Source: an uncultured Bacteroidales bacterium
GTDB lineage: Bacteria; Bacteroidota; Bacteroidia; Bacteroidales; UBA10428
Length of the DNA stretch: 64,000 bases
NCBI GenBank assembly: GCA_964521285.1
Contig: CAZFQS010000012.1
Location: 15,683 to 79,682 of the forward strand
Reading direction: 5' to 3'
In this document: positions 50,704 to 59,206 of the stretch, piece by piece
Layout of the letters: each line of letters opens with the position of its first letter
Position numbering within the stretch: the first letter of the stretch is position 1
Made by a program: the position numbers and the translations under genes
The notes under the pieces: model-generated
What the model saw: the letters and a program-made list of their open reading frames with translations, nothing else
The model's database searches: none
What the model was told of the DNA's origin: nothing

Positions 50704-51032
50704 TAATAAAATATTAGAGTTAATTTGATATTATCTATTATATCGTCAATACCTTCAAAATCTCTGATATTTTTTTTATTGAATTTCAGAAAGTAGAATT
50801 CAACCATTTATTCGTTGCTAATAACTTTAATAATATTGTTAAAAATTTAAGCTAACTATAATATTTTTAAACTATTACCTATAAGTTTAATTATCTAAAT
50901 TCTCACATTTTGATAACCTGTCAGTGTCTATTTGTTGTAAATGTAATCATTTGTGGGAATAGGAAAAACATTTATTATTACATTTTTATTCACTTTTGTA
51001 TTTTATTTACTTCATATTATTTAATATTTAAT

Positions 51033-51461
51033 ATGAATAAGATATTAATCCTTTGCACAGGCAACTCGAGTCGTAGCCAGATAGCGGAGGGCTACTTCAG
51101 AAAATATCTGGGAGACAGGGCCGAAATATACAGTGCCGGTGTGGAAGTACATGGAGTAAATCCTTTTGCAATAGCGGTGATGAAAGAAGATGGAATTGAT
51201 ATCTCACATCATACTTCCAATAATGTTAATGAGTATTTGGAAATTAGTTTTGATTATGTGATAACGGTATGCGATAATGCACGGGAAAGATGTCCCTATT
51301 TCCCGTCCAGTGCCAAAAAATTCCATCAAAACTTTCCCGATCCTGCAAAAGCGACAGGTTCAGAACAAGAGATACAGATACAGTTCAGAAAAGTGAGGGA
51401 TATGATTAGAGATTATGTTATTAATTTTATTAAGGAAGAGTTTGTACAGGAGAAATGTTAG
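51033..51461 (+). CDS. arsC: Arsenate reductase, LMW-PTPase/thioredoxin-coupled type
   Basis: MNKILILCTGNSSRSQIAEG (CX5R P-loop) and the downstream CDNARERCPYFP Cys pair. I take ATG 51033 as the start rather than the TTG at 50910 in the ORF track. Confidence 0.8.
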   Translation: MNKILILCTGNSSRSQIAEGYFRKYLGDRAEIYSAGVEVHGVNPFAIAVMKEDGIDISHHTSNNVNEYLEISFDYVITVCDNARERCPYFPSSAKKFHQNFPDPAKATGSEQEIQIQFRKVRDMIRDYVINFIKEEFVQEKC

Positions 51462-51500
51462 ATTGCTCTATTGTTCTATTGCTATATTGTTTTATTGCTC
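51462..51500. repeat. 16-bp tandem repeat (about 2.4 copies), left arm of an inverted repeat bracketing hypAB
   Basis: ATTGCTCTATTGTTCT / ATTGCTATATTGTTTT / ATTGCTC. It begins 1 nt after the arsC stop and runs into the last codons of hypB. Confidence 0.6.
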
Positions 51501-52306
51501 ATCTTTTTCAGCCAGTTATACCATTTGTCAATTCCCTGTCCTGTTTTAGCAGAAAGCTCAATAAATTGCAGGTGGTGATTTACCCTTAATGCATATTCTC
51601 TGGTTTTGTCAATATCAAATTCAACATAAGGGAGTAAATCTATTTTATTAATAACGCACAGATTCGAACTTTGGAACATGTAAGGATATTTTAAAGGCTT
51701 ATCTTCGCCTTCAGTAACGCTTATTATTACAACTCTGAAATTTTCACCCAGGTCAAATAAAGCAGGGCATACCAGATTCCCCACATTCTCGATCATCAGA
51801 ATTGAATTATCGTTAATTTTCAATTCTTTTACAGCACTATTTATCATTTCTGCATCAAGATGGCATCCGAAGCCTGTATTTATCTGAACTACAGGCACTC
51901 CTGTTGCTTTAATCCGGCTCGCATCGTTCATGCTCTGTTGATCACCTTCTATGACTGAGAAAGCAATGTTTTTTGAAAGATCCTTAATAGTTTTTTCAAG
52001 TATGGTTGTTTTACCTGATCCGGGAGAACTAACAAGGTTAAGAGCTAAAATATTCTTAGCCTGAAAGTACCCGCGGTTTCTTTCAGCTAAAAGATTGTTC
52101 TTATACAATACATCCTGTTCAATTTCAATTTTTCTGTTATGATCATGAGAATGATTATGAGCATGAGTATGATCATGTTCATCCATGTGCTTATGTTCAT
52201 GGCTGTCATGCCCATGAGCATTGGAATCATTCCGGTTGCCAATATCTTCCGGCTTTATTATCGTATATTCTGAATTCGAATCGTTACAACCACATGTATC
52301 ACACAT
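51482..52306 (-). CDS. hypB: Hydrogenase/urease nickel-incorporation GTPase HypB
   Basis: N-terminal MCDTCGC high-affinity site, His-rich tract HGHDSHEHKHMDEHDHTHAHNHSHDH, P-loop SSPGSGKTT and ENVGNLVCPA. Confidence 0.9.
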   Translation of the reverse strand: MCDTCGCNDSNSEYTIIKPEDIGNRNDSNAHGHDSHEHKHMDEHDHTHAHNHSHDHNRKIEIEQDVLYKNNLLAERNRGYFQAKNILALNLVSSPGSGKTTILEKTIKDLSKNIAFSVIEGDQQSMNDASRIKATGVPVVQINTGFGCHLDAEMINSAVKELKINDNSILMIENVGNLVCPALFDLGENFRVVIISVTEGEDKPLKYPYMFQSSNLCVINKIDLLPYVEFDIDKTREYALRVNHHLQFIELSAKTGQGIDKWYNWLKKMSNKTI

Positions 52307-52384
52307 TTTTTAAATATTAATGGTTAATTATTAAGAGTACGAAATTACTAAAAAGTAACATAGTTAACAAAAATGCGGATTAGA

Positions 52385-52726
52385 TTAATCGACATTAATT
52401 GATTTGACCCGCAATTCCCTTCCGTTTATAATTTCAAAATCAAATGAACTGCACACAGGACATTTTGCAATAAGATCTGAAGGTTTAAATTCAGTATTGC
52501 AGTTATTACATTTCGCCCTGGCCTTGATTCTGTTAATAATAATTTTTGCATTTTCAAGGAGGGTGTTTTTTACGGCAGATTCCAGCGCAAATTCCAGGGC
52601 TTCAATTACTACTCCTGAAAGGATACCAACCTCTATCTCTACTTCGTTAATTTTTGTTGCACTTGCATCTGTTGCTGTTTTTGAAGCAATATCAACAATA
52701 TTTAAAGCAATTGAAAATTCGTGCAT
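52385..52726 (-). CDS. hypA: Nickel insertion metallochaperone HypA
   Basis: 113 aa. MHEFSIA N-terminus (MHE nickel site) and a zinc ribbon CNNC...CPVC. Confidence 0.9.
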   Translation of the reverse strand: MHEFSIALNIVDIASKTATDASATKINEVEIEVGILSGVVIEALEFALESAVKNTLLENAKIIINRIKARAKCNNCNTEFKPSDLIAKCPVCSSFDFEIINGRELRVKSINVD

Positions 52727-52761
52727 CTAATAAGCCGGGTATTAGGTTTTAGCTGTTAGGA

Positions 52762-52858
52762 ATCCACCTGCGCTTAGACCTGCCTGCCCGGTTGAATATT
52801 GTTAGGACGACACCGTTGTATCCAGCCTAAGGCAAGAGTAGTCCGGGCTTCAGTGGAT
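52762..52858 (-). promoter_or_regulatory. GC-rich structured 5' leader of hypA (candidate cis-regulatory RNA/riboswitch, class unknown)
   Basis: Nested helices ATCCAC(52762-67)/GTGGAT(52853-58) and GCCCGG(52786-91)/CCGGGC(52843-48). Internal hairpins at 52807-52819 and 52825-52833. A 7-bp crossing pairing 52779-85/52830-36 is complete (with one G-U) only in the minus-strand transcript. The flanks are AT-rich. Confidence 0.4.
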
Positions 52859-52864
52859 AAATAC

Positions 52865-52878
52865 AACAATAGAGCAAT
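52865..52878. repeat. Right arm of the inverted repeat bracketing hypAB
   Basis: AACAATAGAGCAAT is the exact reverse complement of 51462-51475. With flanks the match is 18/20 (A-n-ATTGCTCTATTGTT-n-TAT). Confidence 0.55.
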
Positions 52879-52930
52879 ATAGTAATTTTTTGTAAGACTA
52901 TTAAAGAATTTAACAATTCATAATTTATCA

Positions 52931-52963
52931 CAAAAAATAAAGTACAGCTTTTAGCTATACTTT
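52931..52963 (-). terminator. Probable rho-independent terminator after the 53031..54929 gene
   Basis: Minus-strand RNA reads AAAGUA-U-AGC-UAAAA-GCU-G-UACUUU followed by AUUUUUUG. The stem is AT-rich, so it is of moderate strength only. Confidence 0.4.
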
Positions 52964-53030
52964 ACCTAGCAAATATCATCAGTATATTTAAAACCTTCCT
53001 AAAAATTCATTAATATGATATCAAAAAGTA

Positions 53031-54929
53031 TTATTGTTTAACAATTCTTTCAACAATAGTCTTTTCGCCTGAAATTATTCTGAGATAATATATCCCTTTT
53101 CCTATTTTGGAGATATCCAGAATTAACCTGTTTCCATAATTTATTTCTGAATATAAAATTTGGCCGGATATATCAACAATTTCAATTCTTATTTTATCGG
53201 TAAAATTTTTCGATAAAATAATCATCAGTTCATTATTTGTCGGATTTGGGTATATTTTGGCTGTAAATTCATCCTTATTATTTTTGAATTGACTATCTTC
53301 TGCTAGCTTATTGCCATCATAGGAGTAAGTTCTATTTGATGTGGATTTCTGTGAATCAGGAGCAATTGGATCACAAACCGGAGCAGATGCTGTTGTATTA
53401 TATACCGGTCCGGGACCATCAACTATTGCTTTGAACCTGGTTGGATATTCTACTTTAAATCCCGGTTTAAGTATAATTTTTGCATTTGCCTGGTATGTAA
53501 CATCACATGATGGATGAATTGTATTGTTTGCTGTAATTGTATTGGCAGTAATAACAGCAGGCTCAGATATGGTTCCACTTGACCCGATAGGATAATCAGT
53601 ATCAATAAACTTTGCTGGAAAATATACCAGCCAGTACAAATTATTCAATAACATATAGTCAATTCCACTTAAATCTCCCGTAATCCTTAGCTCTCCCGGT
53701 TCTCCCGGGTCGCTTATTAACCTGTTTTCAAATCCCCATTGTGGTGGATATGTAACAATTCCATCTTCTTTATAATAAAAAGGGCCACATTCAGGACAGG
53801 AATTTAGTAAATTATCATATGCAGGTTTAAAATCTCCCAAATCCACGTCTTCATGTAAAATTTGCCAAACTAACGGGAAATGTTCATGATGCGGATTACT
53901 CGGATCAAATCGGGTATTTATATATTGCCAGTAATATCCTATAACTGTGAAAAGTGCTTTAAAAGAATAATTTCCCTCTTCACTTGCATTATTAGCTATA
54001 ATTTCCATTTCAAATTTGTCATCTTCAGATGAAGCATAATGATGATTTTGTCCTGTAATCCAATGAGCGGCTTCGGCAAATCCCCATTGTCTTCCAACAT
54101 GAGAAGGAGGCTGCTCCCAAACCTGCCACGCATGTGAGAGGTTATGATTAACCGGATTTCTCAGAATCCAGGCATCAAACCAGTGTTGATGGGTGTTTTC
54201 ATCAGCAGGGATTATAGCCCAGAAGTGAGTTTCTCCAAAATTATCACAAACGTAAGTTATTTTATTCTGAGATGAGAAGCTCCAATACCAATCAAAACTA
54301 TGCATATGATTAACCATGTCGCCTGCTAATTTCTTAACCCTGTTTTTTATATCGATATCATCAACTAATTTTACCACAAGAGCAAAATTTAGTAAATAAT
54401 GCCATACATTATCCTGGCTGTTATTTAGAGCTGGATCAAAGTGTGTAAATGTTGCATCTATAATTCTACCTTCAAAATTTTTATTTAAACCTTTAATAAC
54501 AGCCGTATCATCAAAAGTTGAATGAACATCGTCACGAATGAAGTACCCATTCATGCAAGGCTCACCATCCCAATAGGTTTCTGCTGTATAATCAAGTCTT
54601 TCAACTGCTTTAATCGCATAGTCCAATTTTTGTAGTGTGTTTTGATAGTCAAGTCCGTTGTCTTTTAATAGCCTGTATTCAGTAGCAAGCATTCCGATAT
54701 AATACTGCATTCCACTATTACCATCATTCCAGTTCATTATACCATTTTTATGTACCGTAATAGCCGGAATGTTTGTTCCGGGTTCATCATTTGGACTTAT
54801 AGCAATGAAATGGTCCTCCAGACGTTGTCTTAAATACCAATATTTCTCTAAGTTGTCCTCAACAGTCTGAGCTAAAGAAGATAATGGTATAATTAATGTT
54901 ATTATGAAGATTATTATTGTGTTTTTCAT
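53031..54929 (-). CDS. Secreted protein of unknown function with T9SS CTD
   Basis: Signal peptide and a 530-aa unrecognised, His/Trp-rich body. The C-terminal KIYPNPTNNELMIILS...IYYLRIISGEKT sorting domain is present. Confidence 0.5.
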   Translation of the reverse strand: MKNTIIIFIITLIIPLSSLAQTVEDNLEKYWYLRQRLEDHFIAISPNDEPGTNIPAITVHKNGIMNWNDGNSGMQYYIGMLATEYRLLKDNGLDYQNTLQKLDYAIKAVERLDYTAETYWDGEPCMNGYFIRDDVHSTFDDTAVIKGLNKNFEGRIIDATFTHFDPALNNSQDNVWHYLLNFALVVKLVDDIDIKNRVKKLAGDMVNHMHSFDWYWSFSSQNKITYVCDNFGETHFWAIIPADENTHQHWFDAWILRNPVNHNLSHAWQVWEQPPSHVGRQWGFAEAAHWITGQNHHYASSEDDKFEMEIIANNASEEGNYSFKALFTVIGYYWQYINTRFDPSNPHHEHFPLVWQILHEDVDLGDFKPAYDNLLNSCPECGPFYYKEDGIVTYPPQWGFENRLISDPGEPGELRITGDLSGIDYMLLNNLYWLVYFPAKFIDTDYPIGSSGTISEPAVITANTITANNTIHPSCDVTYQANAKIILKPGFKVEYPTRFKAIVDGPGPVYNTTASAPVCDPIAPDSQKSTSNRTYSYDGNKLAEDSQFKNNKDEFTAKIYPNPTNNELMIILSKNFTDKIRIEIVDISGQILYSEINYGNRLILDISKIGKGIYYLRIISGEKTIVERIVKQ

Positions 54930-55017
54930 AATATCTAAATTTCAGAGAATATTTAAAAAATCATTAATGATAGTTTTGAATTTTATAATATTCTTTACTC
55001 ATATGATTTAACTGATA

Positions 55018-55962
55018 TTACTTTGCATTTTGCACCTTAATACTTTCTATTTCTTTTTTCAGTTCAAGAACATAGAGTGTTAATTCCTCAATCTTCTTCA
55101 GTAACAATCCGTCCATCTCACCCACTTTGTATCCGTTTTCCTTAAATTCCCTGGCTGTGGGTACTTCGGGAAGGTGCTCATTATTTTGAATATATTTTTC
55201 AACTTCTTCCAATGATCTTAAATTGTAATCCTCCTGGAATACATAGTCAGATTCAGGCACATTTTCAACAACTTCTATCTCTTCGGCACGTATTTTACCT
55301 TTTACATCTAATTTACAATTAGGTTCGGTGGTACCAATTCCAACGTTGCCATTTACAATTAATCCATCAGTAGGAGCACTTTTAGAATCGGAATAACCAA
55401 TAGCCACATTACCATTTACCTGGAGTTTGCTTGTGGTTAGTCTTGCCCCCGGATCATATGTGGTGTTGAATCCTATCGCAACATTTCCGTCACCCTGAAG
55501 TATTAAAGGACTAATCCAGCTTTTATTGGCTCTGAAATGTAAGTTCTCCATAAAATTAATATAACCATGAACACCATTATGTGTAAGTGACAATCTTGGT
55601 TCGTCTTGATTAATTATATTTCCAAGTGCTATATATTTATTAAAGGGGACTTGTATGCTTCCAGTAAAGCTTGCTTTTCCATTTGTATCAAGAGTTAATT
55701 TTGTTACCCCAGCCACTCTTAAATATAAGTTTTCATCATAACTGCCAATATAACCACTATTAACTCTTATTTCTTTATTAAAATAAAATTTACTTTGATC
55801 AGTGTAAAAATGTGAAAAATCAGCACTATTAATCGGACCTATTCTAGTATAACCATATTGTGTAATAATTTTTAAAGGAACATTGATTTCATTATCTTGT
55901 GAAAAAATACTAATGGATAAAATAGTACAAAAAATAATGGTTATTAATTTCAGGTGTTTCAT
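55018..55962 (-). CDS. Tail-fiber-like repeat protein with conserved Bacteroidota C-terminal helical domain
   Basis: Signal peptide and GNVAIG / GNVGIGTTEP repeats. C-terminal SDYVFQEDYNLRSLEEVEKYIQNNEHLPEVPTA...GEMDGLLLKKIEELTLYVLELKKE. Confidence 0.45.
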   Translation of the reverse strand: MKHLKLITIIFCTILSISIFSQDNEINVPLKIITQYGYTRIGPINSADFSHFYTDQSKFYFNKEIRVNSGYIGSYDENLYLRVAGVTKLTLDTNGKASFTGSIQVPFNKYIALGNIINQDEPRLSLTHNGVHGYINFMENLHFRANKSWISPLILQGDGNVAIGFNTTYDPGARLTTSKLQVNGNVAIGYSDSKSAPTDGLIVNGNVGIGTTEPNCKLDVKGKIRAEEIEVVENVPESDYVFQEDYNLRSLEEVEKYIQNNEHLPEVPTAREFKENGYKVGEMDGLLLKKIEELTLYVLELKKEIESIKVQNAK

Positions 55963-56100
55963 TTTAATAATATTTTAATTTAGCCTACTCTATTTTAGCT
56001 TTTAGGTTTCGGCTTTTGATTTATGATTTTAGATTAATAATATAATATAATTATTTACTTATAACTATAAACTTATTCCCAAAAATTTAAAAATTCAAAA

Positions 56101-58080
56101 TCACTCTTTAAAACTGGTCCAGTAGTAAGTGAATGAATTATCCTCAACTCCTTCGGGATTTTTCCAGTTACTAAAAAAATTAAACCACGAAGTATTTTTT
56201 AAAAGTATTTCTTGTTCCTGTGTTGTCCCAACAAACCTGATTGCTTTTTTTTCATCAGTCTCAATGCAAAATGGCATTTTAAATCCCTCTTCTACCTCTG
56301 TCCATTTATAGGTAAAAATCAGATCATCCGAGTTTTTATGAAAGGAATATTCCAGTACTGGTAATCGTGTATCGTAAAGGTATTTATTAAAAAAGGCACC
56401 ATAGTTTTCTTTTGTGTTTCTGTTTACACATTCTATAAAATCGCCGGTGTCAACGATTTTGTAACAATTTTGGATATAAAAGTCTTTTAAGATCTTGAAA
56501 AACAGTGAATCATCGTTAATAGTACATCGCAAAGAATGCAACATTATTGCTCCTTTATTATAGATATCGTTGCTGGCAAAACTGTATTCATTCACACCTC
56601 TGTTTTGCACTATGGGCCAGAAATTAAAAATGTAAAATGATTTGTTTCTGGTTTCATACAGATATTCTTCTTTCCCAAAGACATTTTCAATAAATAATAA
56701 CTCTGCATAGGTAGCAAAACCTTCATGAATCCATGCATCAGCCATGTCTCCTGCAGATACAGAATTACCCCACCATTCATGAGCTGCTTCATGTACAATA
56801 ATATAATCATACTTTTTATTTCTGTACCCGTTATTACTTTTATTGTTATAAGAATTTCCATATGCAATTGCTGACTGGTGTTCCATGCCTGCATAGGGAG
56901 ATTCAACCAAACCAAAGCCATCTCTCATAAAAGGATATTTCCCGAAAACATCACAATAAAATTTTATAATTTCAGGGGTCTGCTTAAAGTGCTGCCTTGC
57001 TTTTTCAAGGTTGTATGGCAGAACATGATACTTCATTTGTAATGTATCATTTTCCAGTATCAGGGTATCATTAAACTGGATGAATTTTCCCATATAAAAA
57101 GTAACATTATAGTTGTTTATCGGATAACTTACAAACCATACGAACCGGTTATATGATTTACCTGCTTTTTCTATTCCTTTTAAAACCCCATTTGATATTG
57201 CTTCATAATTTTCAGGGACTTCTATATTTATTGTCATTGAATCCGGTTCATCTGAAAGATGATCCTTGTTTGGCCACCACGAACTGGCTCCAAGATGTTC
57301 ACATGCCACAGCTATCCACCTGTTATATTTTTTATCCCTCTTCCAGACAAAACCCCCCTTCCATGGAGGATCTTTTGCTATACCTGGTTTTCCGTAATAT
57401 TCGATATATATCATGTGTTTTTCCCCTGATGTCAGTATATAAGGAAATTTTATAAAAACAGCATTAAATTCTCTCTTAAAATATAAATCCTGATCATTCC
57501 ACTTTATTTTATCAATTGTATAATTGTCAAATAAATCAATTTGAATCCATTGACTTGATTCCAGCATTGTAAAATAAATATTATTGCTACCGGTTATTTG
57601 TTTACCTTTAGGGATAATTCTAACCGTAAGATCATAATAATACACATCAAAACAATTCCTTTCCGGCCGCAAAGCTCCTCTCAAAGTGTCAGCCCGTGAG
57701 TATACCGGCCTGTAACCATTTTCCCTTAATAACTCTTCATTTTTATAGTAATGCTTTTTTAGAAACTTTAATTTATAGGAAGGGTCACAATAGTATTTAA
57801 TGAATTTAGTATTTCTGCTATATCCCATGGACTTTGCCTTAAGAAAGTCTAGGCAGGCATTATCGATATCTCCGAGTTTAATTCTTGCCATACCCCTGTT
57901 ATAAATCGCAGCTGAATTATCAGGTTTTACTTTAAGATACTCATTCATCTTGTTAATAGTACCATGATAGTTTTCTTTCCTGAAATTATTCAATCCTTCA
58001 TTCCATATTGAGTCAGGGTCATTGGCTCCGAGTGCATAGTTAAGCATCGTAAATACAACAACTAATATTATTTTCATCAT
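56101..58080 (-). CDS. M1-family zinc metallopeptidase (aminopeptidase N-like) with N-terminal TPR segment
   Basis: HEAAHEWWGN-x-IHEGFATY (HEXXH-x18-E) and the upstream AGMEHQ exopeptidase-type motif. Confidence 0.85.
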   Translation of the reverse strand: MMKIILVVVFTMLNYALGANDPDSIWNEGLNNFRKENYHGTINKMNEYLKVKPDNSAAIYNRGMARIKLGDIDNACLDFLKAKSMGYSRNTKFIKYYCDPSYKLKFLKKHYYKNEELLRENGYRPVYSRADTLRGALRPERNCFDVYYYDLTVRIIPKGKQITGSNNIYFTMLESSQWIQIDLFDNYTIDKIKWNDQDLYFKREFNAVFIKFPYILTSGEKHMIYIEYYGKPGIAKDPPWKGGFVWKRDKKYNRWIAVACEHLGASSWWPNKDHLSDEPDSMTINIEVPENYEAISNGVLKGIEKAGKSYNRFVWFVSYPINNYNVTFYMGKFIQFNDTLILENDTLQMKYHVLPYNLEKARQHFKQTPEIIKFYCDVFGKYPFMRDGFGLVESPYAGMEHQSAIAYGNSYNNKSNNGYRNKKYDYIIVHEAAHEWWGNSVSAGDMADAWIHEGFATYAELLFIENVFGKEEYLYETRNKSFYIFNFWPIVQNRGVNEYSFASNDIYNKGAIMLHSLRCTINDDSLFFKILKDFYIQNCYKIVDTGDFIECVNRNTKENYGAFFNKYLYDTRLPVLEYSFHKNSDDLIFTYKWTEVEEGFKMPFCIETDEKKAIRFVGTTQEQEILLKNTSWFNFFSNWKNPEGVEDNSFTYYWTSFKE

Positions 58081-58101
58081 TGATATTGATTGTTTTTTCT
58101 G

Positions 58102-59196
58102 CTATGACTCATTTTTGAAATACTCACCTAATATCAATTTTGCTGCGACAAATGAACTTAGCTTGTCATCAAGGACTTTCTTTTCATATTCGTCAAGAAG
58201 ATTTTTCATATTATAACTACTGTAGAATTTATCCTTGATATTTTGATTTATTGTTTCATATAACCAATAACGAGCTTGTTCTCTTCTTTGTTTTTCAAAG
58301 AAATTATTGTTAGTTGTAAATTGTCTATATTCCATGATCGTATCCCAGATTTTATCCAACCCTTCATTCTTTACTGAAGAGCATGTCATAACTTTTGGTG
58401 TCCATTCTGATTCCATGGGAGGATAAAGGTGTAATGCGTTTTCATAATCCTTTTTTGCTCTTTCAACATTTTTAATATTATTTCCATCTGCTTTTGTAAT
58501 TACAATTAAATGAGCCATTTCCATTATACCCCTTTTAATACCTTGCAACTCATCACCAGCCCCTGCTAACATTAATAAAAGAAAAAAATCAACCATAGAA
58601 TGCACGGCAGTCTCTGACTGGCCTACGCCAACGGTTTCAACAAATATTGTATCATATCCGGCTGCTTCACAGAGAATTATAGTCTCCCTGGTTTTTCTGG
58701 CAACACCTCCAAGTGTACCTGCAGATGGTGAAGGTCGAATGAACACATTTGGATCACCTGAGAGAAGTTCCATACGCGTTTTATCTCCCAGAATACTTCC
58801 TTTTGTGCGTTCACTACTCGGATCTATGGCCAGTATAGCCAGTTTGTGGTTACTTCCGGCCAGCTTTAAACCCAAAGCTTCAATAAATGTACTTTTTCCT
58901 GCACCAGGGACACCGGTAATGCCGATTCTCATCGATTTACCTGAACGAGGCATACATTTCTCAATAATCTCCTGTGCTATCTTATAATGATCTGGTAATT
59001 TGCTTTCTATAAGGGTTATGGCCTGACTTAAGATGGCACGGTTTCCATCCAGTATTCCTCTGACGAATTCATCAACAGTAAATATCTTCTTCTTTTTTTG
59101 TTTTAGTATTTTGACTGCATTTTTGTTTATTGAAGGAGGCTGTGGTATCTCATCATTGATGGTCAGGGTGTTTTTATGCTTTTCTTTTTTTTTCAT
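58102..59196 (-). CDS. meaB: MeaB/ArgK-type G3E GTPase (methylmalonyl-CoA mutase chaperone family)
   Basis: P-loop GVPGAGKST, LAILAIDPSS, ETVGVGQSE and ITKADG. Confidence 0.85.
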   Translation of the reverse strand: MKKKEKHKNTLTINDEIPQPPSINKNAVKILKQKKKKIFTVDEFVRGILDGNRAILSQAITLIESKLPDHYKIAQEIIEKCMPRSGKSMRIGITGVPGAGKSTFIEALGLKLAGSNHKLAILAIDPSSERTKGSILGDKTRMELLSGDPNVFIRPSPSAGTLGGVARKTRETIILCEAAGYDTIFVETVGVGQSETAVHSMVDFFLLLMLAGAGDELQGIKRGIMEMAHLIVITKADGNNIKNVERAKKDYENALHLYPPMESEWTPKVMTCSSVKNEGLDKIWDTIMEYRQFTTNNNFFEKQRREQARYWLYETINQNIKDKFYSSYNMKNLLDEYEKKVLDDKLSSFVAAKLILGEYFKNES

Positions 59197-59206
59197 GCAA
59201 GATTTT

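Noticed and set aside
50910-51032. N-terminal 41-codon extension of arsC in the ORF track
   Set aside because: It starts at TTG and translates AT-rich promoter-like DNA into a hydrophobic junk peptide. The conserved ArsC/LMW-PTP fold begins at MNKILILCTGNS (ATG 51033).
52404-52730. 108-aa plus-strand ORF
   Set aside because: It is the exact antisense shadow of hypA. Its translation is low-complexity with no motifs, whereas the minus-strand frame has all the HypA hallmarks.
52741-52860. Known RNA classes for the hypA leader (SRP/4.5S RNA, cobalamin, TPP, ZTP, guanidine-I/III riboswitches, tRNA)
   Set aside because: Fragments such as CCACUG, AGACCUGCC and AAGCCCGG caught my eye. The diagnostic cores are absent: GGAAGCAGC of SRP, GCCACUG plus the full B12 box, CUGAGA of TPP, CCGCCUGGGC of ZTP, and the T-loop GGTTCGA of tRNA. 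The class is left as unknown.
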